A DNA stretch of 64,000 nucleotides, taken from contig NW_027362768.1 in NCBI RefSeq assembly GCF_046119375.1, positions 178,312,001 through 178,376,000 of the forward strand, read 5' to 3'. The notes under the pieces were generated by a model. That model had not been told where the DNA came from, made no database searches, and was given only the letters and a program-made list of their open reading frames with translations. The translations under genes and the position numbers were made by a program. The stretch comes from Phyllobates terribilis (taxonomy: Eukaryota). This document shows, in pieces, positions 1 through 11,729 of the stretch (position 1 is the stretch's first letter; every line of letters starts with the position of its first letter).

Positions 1-111
1 CTTAGGCTCCAAGAAATGTGCTCCAGGACAGTTACTCACGTGCTGACGGAGCTCGGCCACCTCCAGAGAGAGTCCCTGCAGGCGATGAACCAAATCCTGA
101 ACCGACACCAT
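1..111 (-). CDS. Gypsy gag N-terminus (partial, runs off window)
   Basis: Manual translation MVSVQDLVHRLQGLSLEVAELRQHVSNCPGAHFLEPK: coiled-coil-like start followed by EPK, resembling vertebrate Gypsy gag N-termini. Confidence 0.55.
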   Translation of the reverse strand, partial: MVSVQDLVHRLQGLSLEVAELRQHVSNCPGAHFLEPK

Positions 112-582
112 GATGGAACAGAAAAATCTTTCCTTAGAGAATTTGCTGGCTGGACTTACTGTTATGTTCTGCTACCAGAGCTAAGGAAAGAGAGAAGATC
201 TGTCCCTACGATAGAACTCAGCTTAATCCCTACGATGTAACAGGGGACCTGATCCTGTGATCAGACCTGCTAAAGTCCTAAGCTAGTCTGTACGGAGACC
301 TATAGATGTGGGGAGGGAATCCCTACAAGTACTAAGGACTGGGAGGAATATGGGACACCTCCTAACAGAAATAGTAGCAGACAGACGAACAAACAAAATA
401 TATAGAACATAGAGGTCAGTAGACCAAGCAAACTAACAGAGTTAGATACAGAGCACAGGCTAGCTAGAAAGTAGATATACAATGAAGTCCAGCAAAGCCA
501 GAAGGGCGGAGCAGGATTAAATAGGCCAACAAGGTCATGTGACCAGCAAAGGAAAAAAAAAACTAACAGCAAGGTTCTAACA
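1..582 (-). mobile_element. 5' end of a Ty3/Gypsy LTR retrotransposon (LTR about 160-582 plus start of internal region), inserted into the hAT-1 transposase
   Basis: 160-582 has TGTTA...TAACA termini. It interrupts the transposase at HRII-C|D exactly at 582/583. A minus-strand ATG at 111 opens a gag-like frame. The rest lies outside the window. Confidence 0.7.
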
Positions 583-2721
583 CATATGATGCGATGTTCC
601 GGAAAACGTAATCGGCGCTGCAGAGCTGCAATGCGTGATCTTGCGTTGCTGGAACGCCGCAAGTGAGCGCACTCTATGCGGACCTTGTGAAGAAGTGCAT
701 CAAGATCCGGATAGTCCCTCAAAAAACTCTGCACGACCAAGTTGAGCACATGTGCCAGACATGGGATGTGAGTGAGGTTGCCTAGGCCCAGAGCTACCAC
801 CAGATTTCGGCCATTGTCACACACTACCATGCCTGGCTGGAGATTCGCTGGCACAAACCACACGTCGCTCTGCTGCTTGATGGCATTCCAGAGCTCCTGC
901 GCTGTGTGGCTTCGATTCCCCAAAAAAATTAATTTTAATACGGCCTGTTGACGTTTGGCCACGGCTGTGCTCATATCGGTCATCATAACAGTTCACGGGT
1001 CGATGTGGAGGTAGACCGTAACGGCTCCTGCAGCGCTGATTCAGAGGAACTGGAGTATGAGGAGGAGTCAACGTGTACAGACTGGATTCCTTCTATCCTT
1101 GGAGTTGGCAGAACACGTACAGCGCCACTCTCAAGATCTGTACCCGGCTCCACAACATTTACCCAATGGGCAGTGAGGGAAAGGTATCGTCCCTGTCCAT
1201 GCTTACTGGTCCACGCATCGGTGGTCAGGTGGACCTTGCTACTGATGGAGTTTTGTAGCACATGTTTAATTTTTCCCTCTACATGCTGTTGCAGGGCAGG
1301 GACGGCTTGCCTGCTGAAATAAAAGCGGCTGGGCACATTGTATTGTGGGACAGCCAATGCCATAAAGTTACGGAAGGTGTCCGTCTCCACCAGCCTGAAT
1401 GATAGCATTTCAAGGGCCAGTAGTTTAGCAATGCCAGCATTCAGAGCCTGTGCTCGGGGGTGGTTTTTTCTCCAATGCCTGTGCTAACGATGGCTGTAGA
1501 CTGGCCTGGGAGTGTGAGGATGACAGGGAAAGTGGTGCTGTGGGTGGAATTACACTGTGTCTCTGTACAACAGTGCCAGAGATTCTTCCATGGCGATCCT
1601 GTGAGGAAGCCGAACCAGCTGTGTGTGAGCAGGAGGAAGAGGCTACAAAACGAGCTGAAGAGGTGGTAGGCGGCGCTGTAGGTTGGCCTAGGTCTTCAGT
1701 GTGTTTTTGTAACTCCACCACGTGCTTGGTCCGCACGTTTCCACATATTTGTGGTATTGAGGTTGCTGACACTTTTCCCTCTTTTCACCTTCTGATTACA
1801 CAGCTTGCATTTGACAAAGCAAATGTCATCTGCAACTGTGTCAAAAAAGGACCAGGCACTGCAAGTCTTGGGAGCGCCCGCTTTGGATTTTGGAAGAGCC
1901 ATGCTCCTAATGGGTGCCGAAGTGGAGGCTACAGGCAACCAAGTCTGCCCCCTCCCTCTCCCTCCTCTTTGGGCCGTTCGGGAAATCTCTTCCTCAGAGC
2001 TGCTCCCACCACCTTCCTCTCCCTCACGCCATGATGGGTCAAGGACCTCATCATCTACACCACCCTCTTCAAACAACTGCTTCTCCTGGGTAGTCTCGAC
2101 AGCACAGTACGCACCAGAAAGTGGCACCTGAGTCTCATCATCAGATGCATACTGAGGTGTGCTGCTGACCATAGGCACTGGCCCACCCGCTTCTTCAGAT
2201 TCAGAGAGACAAAACGGTTGCGCATCACTGCATACTACCTTTTCTTCAAATTCTTGAATTCTGTTTGGCTGGCCCCCTCTTTCCAAGCCAAGAGATTCAG
2301 AGAACAGAAGTAGAGATGGCTCCTGTCCAGGGCTCTCTGACTGCCTGGGCAATTTGGCAGGTGGTGAAGAGACAGATGGGTGCTCTTCAGTGCTCAGGAC
2401 TTGAGAGGATCTGGAACTAATTGAAGTCGATGCGTTAGCTGCCATCCATCCGACAACGGCTTCAATTTGGTCCTCCTGCAGCAGTGGGGTACGGCTAGCT
2501 CCTACAAAGCTGCGCATAAAGGACTGTTCACTGGTAAAACTGTGGGATGCTGAGTCACTGGTGCCCGCAGCAGGCACAGAATCCCCACGTCCTCTCCCTG
2601 CAGGCACAGAATCCTCACGTCCTCTCCCTGCAGGCACAGAATCCTCACATCCTCTCCCTGCAGAAACTCCACGCCCACGCCTACGACCACGACCACATGC
2701 CTTACTCCCTGCCTTCTTCAT
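583..2721 (-). pseudogene. hAT transposase, frameshifted and LTR-interrupted
   Basis: ORFs 1696-2721 (BED finger WSFF...CKLC), 983-1408 (catalytic HLTTDAWTS) and 300-986 (VCDNGRN, CLAHVLNLVVQ) lie in different frames. Confidence 0.92.
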
Positions 2722-3716
2722 CTTGGTAGACTGATAAAGATAGGCAGAAAAGTACTAAGGGCTTAGTGTGCTTATTCCTGAACAGCTGCGAACAGGTATA
2801 AGAAACACAAATTTTATAAAGTGTGGACTAGACTTTAATATGAGCTAATGTGGCCTACACAACTGTAAAGTGGAGTGTTTGAACTTTATTTAGGTTTTTT
2901 TTGTCACAAAAAGACACTGGATGTGCCTAAAGATGTAATACCGATAGTATCACAAACTTTTTGTAGCTATTACAATGTAGGAAGGTAACCTACAATGCAA
3001 TAGATGAGGCTACAAAAAATAGGCTAATACTAATCTGGCTGGGGCTGCAGGGCCCAATGCTGCAGAAAGGCTCCTCTAACTACTCCTATATAGTGTGTTT
3101 GGAACCAATGTAGCTGAATACGGATGGAACCACCACACTAATAGGAGAAATCAGGAAAAATTATGAATTGGCAAAAAAGGACAATGTATGAGGCAGTGAC
3201 ACACACTGAGTGCACTACAACCAGACGTGGTTGAAGCACACACTACAGGGTGAGCTGCACTCACACACACAGACCTTGCAGACAGCGGTGAACAGTACAG
3301 AGAACTGTGCACTAGCACTGCAAGGCACAGCGATTTATAAAGTAGCTTGGGTAAAGCAGAATAGACCAAATAGGTAGCTAAAACTGTCCCTCAGAACAAC
3401 AGCGTCCTATCCCTAACTGAATTCACAGCAGAGTGAGCTGAAAATGGCGGCGGTGGCTTTTATAGTGCATCATGACATCATTTCAGCAGCCAATCACAGC
3501 CATGCCATTAGTTAAGATGCCTACATGCCTAACAGGTTGTGCCCACACTTCTTAGGATCCTCATTGGCTGAATAAAATGAAACTGGCTCATTGCATTATG
3601 GGAACTTCCGATTCCGGTATACGATATTGTAGAAGTATTGGAATTAAGTATCGGAATTCCGATACCGCGAATATCGGCCGATACCCGATATTTCAGTATC
3701 GGAATGCTCAACACTA
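583..3716 (-). mobile_element. hAT DNA transposon (hAT-1), 5' part
   Basis: Terminal sequence TAGTGTTGAGC on the minus strand at 3706-3716 (same first 11 nt as the hAT-2 TIR), followed by a transposase. Confidence 0.88.
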
Positions 3717-5039
3717 GTCAGGAAGTGTTACATTCCCCTGCAGCGCCACCACAGGAGAAATGATGTATTACACAATGCACATTGAGATTAATGGACTATA
3801 TATGTGTCCTATACAGATGCGTTGGGACCTCCAGCAAGAGACCCTCTTTATAGTTCCTCTATTGAATAAGGATGGACTCTGCTGCCCCATCATTTCCATA
3901 TGACATTATTGTGGGAATGTTTTTTTTTTTAAAATGCCGCCACGTCTCCACCTATGAAAGCCGCCATTGTGCACATTCTTTAATAATATGAGATATCTCT
4001 AGATCTGGGTGGGTTGTGGTCGGGGACAGGAAAGTGAAGGTAATTCTGAGTACCGGAGGATGACTTCCTGCGTTCTCACTGTCCGGTACCTGTTACTTTA
4101 AAGAATAAGTAAATGTTTAACACTTTTTTTCTATATTTTTCAGCCACCTTAATTACCTGTAGATCGGAGAGGGTCCGAGTCCTGAGACTTCCACTGATCG
4201 CTCTAAAATCTCACTGAGAAGTGCTCAGCTCGGGAGACGGGACGGCGCACTGAGCACTTCTCAGAGATCTTTAGGCTGAGAAATATTACATGACATGAGG
4301 TTTCCAGTTTCTCAGCGTGTCACCAGGTCAAGGGGCCGTGTTTTGCTCTTTTTTTGATTCCCGCTGCTCCAGGATTCCTTACTCTGACGCGTCTCGGCTA
4401 GTGTTGAGCGAGCATGCTCGACACTGCTCGGTACTCGCCTGAGCATCTCGCTACTCGGGATATTCGGCGAGCACCGAGCATTTCCAGGTTACTCTGGCGA
4501 GAGCTCGGGTCTCCGCCCTGCATGTTTGGCGCTCTTTACAGAGCCAATGAACATGCAGGGATTGCCAGCCAGTCACTGTAATGCTGCAGCCATGTTGGTT
4601 GTGGGCATTACAGTGATTGGCTGGCCGCACAGCGTCACCTCGAGTATTTAAAACCGGGCGCCGCCATCTTGGACACAGTCGCTCCGGATCAGACAGTGTA
4701 GGGAGAGTGCTGCTGAGTTAGGGAGAGATTTATACTGTGAAATAGGTAGTGTAGAGTCTGTAAAGGCTGCCAGATCAAACAAACAGTCCTTCTCAGGACT
4801 AATATCCATCCCAGATATCAGGCAGGCAGGCAGGCTGTATAGGAGACGCAGTGGTTATACCAGCAAACACTGCATTACAGTCCTGTGTGCTCCTGCTGGT
4901 AAAATTGCTAGACTTATCCCCCGGGCTCAGGGGCCAGAGAAAATCCTTTTTTTTAATCTAAATCCTGTATTTTTTTTTCCTCAGTCAGACTGTACAAATA
5001 CGCGTCTTATTAACATTTTGGTATCCCCCCCCAAAAAAA

Positions 5040-5430
5040 AAAATTGAGCGTGTCTGTGACTGTTCAGACACCAATATATCTGTTTAAAAGAGTCTGGTGT
5101 AGGCCAGATAACTATAACTGTGGTTTTGCAGTTCCACGGTTCAAATCTCTGTATTATCCAGCTTTTGGCCTTTTTTCCGTTAAAAAAAACAGTAATAGTG
5201 TCTCCCTGACTGTTCAGACACAAATATATCTGTTTAAAATATTCTGGTGTAGGCCAGAGAAATAGAACTGTGGTTTTCTCGCTTCCATGGTTCAAATCTG
5301 GGTGTAATCCACCTTTTTGCATAAAAAAAACCAGTAATAGTGTCTCCCTAACTGTTCAGACACAAATATATCTGTTTAAAAGATTCTGGTGTAGGCCAGA
5401 GAAATAGAACTGTGGTTTTCTTCTTCCACA
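5040..5430. repeat. About 3 copies of a 140-150-bp unit in the hAT-2 5' subterminal region
   Basis: The core tgtctccctgactgttcagacacaaatatatctgtttaaa...tggtgtaggccaga recurs near 5050, 5200 and 5341. Confidence 0.8.
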
Positions 5431-5500
5431 GTTCTAATCTCCTTTTTATTACCCTTTTTCCATTGATAGTGCGAGTGTAAGCTATTTTACTTCATTTACA

Positions 5501-8500
5501 ATGGGCAAGGCGCGTGGCAAGGGACGTGGAACTGGACTTTCTGGTGATGGCGCGTGTAGAGGACGGGGCCGTGGCCAAGGTGAAAATGTGCCACAACCAA
5601 CAGCCACATCTTCTCGCTCCCACTTCTTGACCAAATTACTAGGGAAGCACAGAACAACACCAGTATTGCGAACTGATCAGTGTGAACAGGTTATTAATTG
5701 GATAGCAGATAATACTTCCAGTTACCTGGGCACCACCACCTTCGGTCTGTCTTCCACACGGTCAAGTTTTAGTAGCCGTGAGTCTCGACCGCATACTCCT
5801 CCTCACCCTGATTCTCCTTGCTCCCACCATGCCGAGTGTCGTCAGACAGCAACTGATCCCACAGTTGGACACTCTGAAGAGCTGTTCACTGGTCCATTTC
5901 CATATTTGTGCCCCTCGCCTGCTCCGCTTGAAGTGGTGGAAGAGGAGATCCCATGTAGCGATGCCCAAATATTTGAACAGCCACGGCCAGAGGAAGTCGA
6001 CGCTGGCAATTTGTCACAAGAGGTGGACAATGACGAGACACAATTGCCACGAAGTGAGGAGGAGGATCGCGGTGCGCAAGTGGAAGAGGAGGAGGTGGTG
6101 GATGATCTAGTAACTGACCCAACGTGGCAGGAGGACACGCAGAGCGAGGGCAGCAGCACACATGGGGAGGGAGGCAGAGTACCCCAACAGGCAGGAAGAA
6201 GCAGTGTGGTGGCCGCACACAGAAGGAGGGTAACAGTTCCCCGTAACACCAACATGAAGGACGTTGCCAGTACAACCGGTAAGTCTTCCAAAGTCTGGAA
6301 TTTTTTTAAAGACTCTGCTGATAACCCCAAAAAAGGCCATTTGTATCACCTGCCATGCCAGCATCAGCAGGGGTGACAAAACTACCAGCCTGACCACCAC
6401 CAGCATGATCAGGCACATGTCAGCAAAGCACCCAACTTTGCGGGGCGAACCCCAGGGTCCACGACCAGTGTCAGCGGGTGTCACCACTGCTTCTTCCGCT
6501 GTTGTGCGTGTAAGAGAACCCCCTGTTGTGCGTGCAAGGCAATCCCCTGTCCATACTGCATGCAAAGATGCCCCCTCCTCTCAGTCTTCACTTGTTATGG
6601 CAGTTTCTCAAGAAACAGCATCAACATCCACGTCCACGTCCCACCGCAGCGTTCAATTGTCCATATCCCAGAGCTTTGAACGAAAGCACAAATTCGCAGC
6701 CAACGCCCCACAGGCCGCAGTCCTAAATTCGCACATTTCACGACTGCTTGCGTTGGAAATGCTGCCTTTTAGGCTGGTGGAGACAGAATCCTTCCGCAAC
6801 CTTATGGCGGTGGCCGTTCCTCGGTACTCGGTCACCAGCCGACACTATTTTGCCCGGTGTGCCATCCCTGCACTACACAAGCACGTGTCCCAAAACATCT
6901 GCCGTGCCCTCAACAACGCAGTTACTGGGAGAGTCCACCTGACAACGGACACGTGGACAAGTGCTTGTGGCCAGGGACGGTACATCTCCCTGACGGCACA
7001 CTGGGTAAACATAGTGGAAGCCGGGACCCAGTCGGACCTTGGGACGGAACACATCCTCCCCACACCGAGGATTGCGGGCCCTATGTCAGTCAGAGTTGCC
7101 CCCACAGTGTACTGCTCCTGCGCATCCTCCTCCTCCTCCTCATGTTCAGCTTCCATCTCAGATATCACCACATCAGTTACAAGCTGGAAGCACTGCAGTA
7201 CTGCCTCAGCCAAGCGACAACAGGCTGTGCTGAAACTCATGAGCGTAGGTGATAAATCTCACACTGCTTGTGAGTTGTGGACAGCTGTGAAAGAGCAGGC
7301 AGATCTGTGGCTGAGACCGCTGAACCTACATCCAGGCATGGTCATGTGTGACAAGGGCCGTAACCTGGTGGCGGCTCTGAGGCGAGGCGAGATTACACAT
7401 GTACCATGCCTGGCTCATGTGCTTAACCTCGTGGTTCAGCGATTTCTTAAATCGTACCCCGAGTTGCCAGATCTGCTCGTCAAAGTACGCCGCCTGTCAG
7501 CTCATTTTTGGAAGTCAGCTACAGCTTCCGCCGCCCTTGCTGTGTTGCAGCAGCGTTTGCAGCTTCCGGCACACCGACTGGTGTGTGATGTCCCCACACA
7601 TTGGAACTCTACTCTCCACATGTTGCAAAGGATTTGTGAGCAGAAGAGAGCAGTTGTGGAGTACCAGCTGCAACAAGGCCGTCGATATTCAGGTCAGACT
7701 CCACATGACTAGCCCAGGGGGATGGGGACGACTCGGTACCCGGGCCTTTTGCCTGACCTTGGGGGTGTCGCGGTGGTCGGCTCCCGGGCCCTTACCCTGG
7801 GGTCAGCTTTTAAAAAGGGATTATTTGTTAATTTTATGAAAGTTCGTGACGCCATCTGTGGTTTCTGGTGAGACGCACCAGCGCTGCGGCAGTCCACTGA
7901 GGCCGGTGATAAGGCAGCTCGATGGTATAGCTCCCCACAGGTGGAGCTAGGCCTCAGGGCAGCGTTTGGAGAGGGGGGATGCAGGACAGACGAGACCCAG
8001 CTGGGTCAGAGCAAGAACAGGGACAGACACGATAGTCACTTCAGTACCTTTTACTGGTGGTAATTCAGGCACATCCTGGAGCACTGTAGGGTGAAGGGGG
8101 CATATGAGGATCCTCCCCAATGAGCGGGTGTAGGGCCTCCTGTTTCTTGCCTCTGCGTAGTAAGTTTCTGACCTGCCTAAAGCTAGGCCTAACTTTATCT
8201 CTGTCCTGCACCGGCTGACCTTGTGGTAGGGCCTTCTCTTGGAGTGCACGCTCCCAGCTTACGGGGCCTATGAGTCTCCTGGCACTGTTACGTATCAACT
8301 TTCTGGTGATCCTGGGACCTGTAGTTCTCCAGGAATTCCGGTTATGCCTTACTGGGTCTTGGAGATCCCGGTAAGCTCGGACCCGGTGTCCGGTAAATTC
8401 TTCGGGGTGAGCTGGTTAAGCTCCTCTGCCCCCTATGTAATAACTCTCCACTCGCCTTCGGCCTACTCGGGGCCCTCACTAGGCTATACACACTAGCGGC

Positions 8501-9990
8501 AGCTTGCCGCTCTTCACCGATCTTATGGCGCCGGCACACCTTAAGCTCTAACTGAGCTCCCTGAATCTAGCTAGCAGGAGCCTCGTGCTCCACCGCTGAA
8601 CTATTAACTGAGTTCCCTAGACTAGACTGAGCTCCACTGCAGACTGACCTCTCATAGGCTTCTTTACTGCAGGAACTCTTCAGAGGAACTGCTCTGCCTA
8701 GCTCCACCTTCCCTATTTATATCCCTAACGGGCTCCCTCTGGTGGTCTGAGGTGGAAGGTGGAGGTGTGTGTATGCTGTGGGGGCCTATTGTGGAGGAAT
8801 CCTTCCATGCACACTTCTAGGATCTGTGATACCAAGCGCAGCTGGGCATCACACACACATAAGACCTCAGGAGTGGACCTGGATGTCTGACATATGTACC
8901 ATCCTGACAAACTTTGAGGAGTCCACCAAGATGGTGAGAGGCGATGACGCCATCATTAGCGTCAGCATCCCACTTGTCTGTCTTTTGCAATGCTCTCTGC
9001 AGAGAATTAAAGAGGAGGCATTGCAGCCAGAGTATGATGAGATGGATCAAGAAGCCGTAATGGGCGATTACACACAGCCCAGCCTCATCTCATCCCAACG
9101 TGCATTGGGGGACAATGAGGGAGAGGAGGTGGAGGAAGAACAGGAGCTGGTATCATGCGCTGTAGACGGTAGTACCTGTACAACTGTCATACCGTCGGTT
9201 CAGCGTGGGTGGCCTGAGGACAGGGGGGAGGAGGAGGAGGAGAGCATGGTCAGTCGTCATCTTGGTGAGGACACGGAAGTCTTGCCCGTTACCAGTCTGG
9301 CACGCATGGCTGACTTTGTTACGCTGCCTTAACCGTGACCCTCGCATTGTCAAAATGTTGGGTGACAGTCATTACTGGTTGGTGACACTTTTAGACCCCC
9401 GCTACAAGGAGAACTTTCACTCTCTTATTCCTGAGGTGGAAAGGTCTACAACAATGTGGCAGTACCAGAATGCCCTTGCTGCAGAACTGTTAAAAAAATT
9501 CCCATCTGAACACGCTAGCGGCAGAGGTCACAGTTCGTTGACCAACCAAGGCGTACAGGCGAGAGAAACGCAACTCCAATCCAGCAGAGGCAGGGGAACA
9601 CTGTCAACATTCTGGGACTGTTTTCTGAGACCCACCCAGCTTACAGGCCCTGAGGCGCGGGGTACTCTCACAAGGAGTGGAAAGTTTCAAAAGATGGTGA
9701 GGGAGTACCTTGCCGACCGTACCAGCGTCCTCCGTGATTCCTCTGTGCCTTTTAATTATTGGGTATCCAAGCTGGACACTTGGAATGAACTCGCTCTGTA
9801 CGCCTTGGAGGTCCTGGCTTGCCCTGCCGCTAGCGTGTTATCGGAGCGTGTTTTTAGTGCCGCTGGGGGAATTATAACTGATAAGCGCACTCGCCTGTCA
9901 ACTGACAATACTGACAAGCTGACCCTTATCAAAATGAACAAGGGCTGGATTGGGCCAGACTTCTCATCACCACCAAATGACACAGAGTAA
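5501..9990 (+). pseudogene. hAT transposase (about 1100 aa reconstructed), with frameshifts and a solo-LTR insertion
   Basis: BED finger (VWNFF...CITC...RHMSAKH), HLTTDTWTS, CLAHVLNLVVQ and the C-terminal dimerization domain (WVSKLDTWNELALYALEVLACPAASVLSERVFSAAG). Removing 7706-8857 restores QTPH-IRPQEW in frame. Confidence 0.95.
7706..8853. mobile_element. Solo LTR (Gypsy-like) inside the hAT-2 transposase
   Basis: TG...CA ends, 4-bp TSD CACA (7702-7705 / 8854-8857), no coding capacity, and excision restores the transposase frame. Confidence 0.85.
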
Positions 9991-10419
9991 CATAAAGTCA
10001 AATCCACTGTGTTATTTCGGGAGGTGTATTCCCATGCACCGCTTCCCACCCACACATGGGTATACGCTTCCTCATTTCGGCTGTATTTTGCTCTTCTCCT
10101 TATCCTCAGCCTCCACCACCACTATACCACCAGGGTGACTGTGGTCCGTGTTGCCAGCATTGCAAGTTCATCCGTCCTAATTTTTGGCAGATTTTGCTTG
10201 GAAGGCATAGGCAAAGACTATGGGAGATCCACTCCCCAATAATGGGAATAATGTTTTGAATATGCTGTACTGCATGGCTCTTGTTTGCCAGCATTGCAAG
10301 TTCCTCCGTCCTAATTTTTGGCAGCTTTTGCTTGTAAGGCATAGGCAAAGACTATGGGAGACCCACTCCCCAATAATGGGAATAATGTTTTTAATATGCT
10401 GTACTGCATGGCTCTTGTA

Positions 10420-11360
10420 AGGGGCATGGAAACCATCTTGTTAAGCTTCTGCGACCTCCACCACTCTTCCAAGGGGCATTGATATTGTCTTTTTATTCCA
10501 CTGTGACCTCCACGTCTCTTCCAAGGGGCATTTAAACCGTCTTGTTAAGCTACTGCGACCTCCACCACTCTTTCAAGGGGCATTGATATTGTCTTTTTAT
10601 TCCACTGCGACCTCCACCACTCTTCCAAGGGGCATTAAAACCGTCTTGTTAAGCTACTGCGACCTCCACCACTCTTCCAAGGGGCATTAAAACCGTCTTG
10701 TTAAGCTACTGCGACCTCCACCACTTTTCCAAGGGGCATTAAAACCGTCTTGTTAAGCTACTGTGACCTCCACGTCTCTTCCACAGGGCATTGATATTGT
10801 CTTTTTATTCCACTTCGACCTCCACCACTCTTCCAAGGGGCATTAAAACCGTCTTGTTAAGCTACTCTGACCTCCATGTCTCTTCCAAGGGGCATTAAAA
10901 CCACCTTGTTAAGCTACTGTGACCTCCAGGTCTCTTCCACGGGGCATTGATATTGTCTTTTTATTCCACAGCGACCTCCACCACTCTACCAAGGGGCATT
11001 AAAACCGTCTTGTTAAGCTACTGCGACCTCCACCACTCTTCCAAGGGGCATTAAAACCGTCTTGTTAAGCTACTGCGACCTCCACCACTCTTCCAAGGGG
11101 CATTAAAACCATCTTGTTAAGCTACTGTGACCTCCACGTCTCTTCCACGAGGCATTGATATTGTCTTTTTATTCCACTGCGACCTCCACCACTCTTCCAA
11201 GGGGCATTAAAACCGTCTTGTTAAGCTACTGTGACCTCCACGTCTCTTCTAAGGGGCATTAAAACCGTCTTGCTAAACCACTCTGAACTCCACAGCTCTT
11301 CCAACGGGCATTGAAATGTTGTTTTTAATTAACTCTAACCTCCACGACTCTTCCAATGGG
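10420..11360. repeat. 52-bp tandem array (about 18 units, two alternating variants) in the hAT-2 3' region
   Basis: Constant half gacctccaccactcttccaaggggcat. Variable half is either taaaaccgtcttgttaagctactgc or tgatattgtctttttattccactgc. Confidence 0.9.
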
Positions 11361-11729
11361 CATTGCATTCCCTCCTAATTTTGGTCAGCTTTTGCTTTTC
11401 AATGCATAGGCGAACACTAAGGGAGACCCACTCCCCAATAATGGGTAGAAGGTTTTTAGTATGCTGTAATCCACGTCTGTTTCAAGGGGCATTGCAGTTC
11501 CTCATAATTTTTGGAAAGCCTTCCATTCACTGCTTAGGCCAACAATGTACAGGAGACCCAGTTGCTATAAATGGAAAAAACGGTTTAGTTAAGGCCCTCT
11601 GACCTCCATGTCACTTCCAAGGGGCATTGGAGTGCCTCGAAATTTTGGTAGGCATTGCACTCACTGTATGCCCTATAACTGTGTAGCCGAACCGCTCCTT
11701 TTGGTACAGAAACCTATCCTACAAGACAT

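Noticed and set aside
3983-4019. Possible small upstream il12rb2 exon (ag|ATCTGGGTG...GAAG|gt, IWVGCGRGQESE)
   Set aside because: Only 37 nt, with a poor polypyrimidine tract and no convincing match to the expected preceding cytokine-receptor exon.
10420-11360. Constant/variable 52-bp array resembling CRISPR
   Set aside because: The variable halves are only two recurring variants, not unique spacers. There are no cas genes and the context is eukaryotic.
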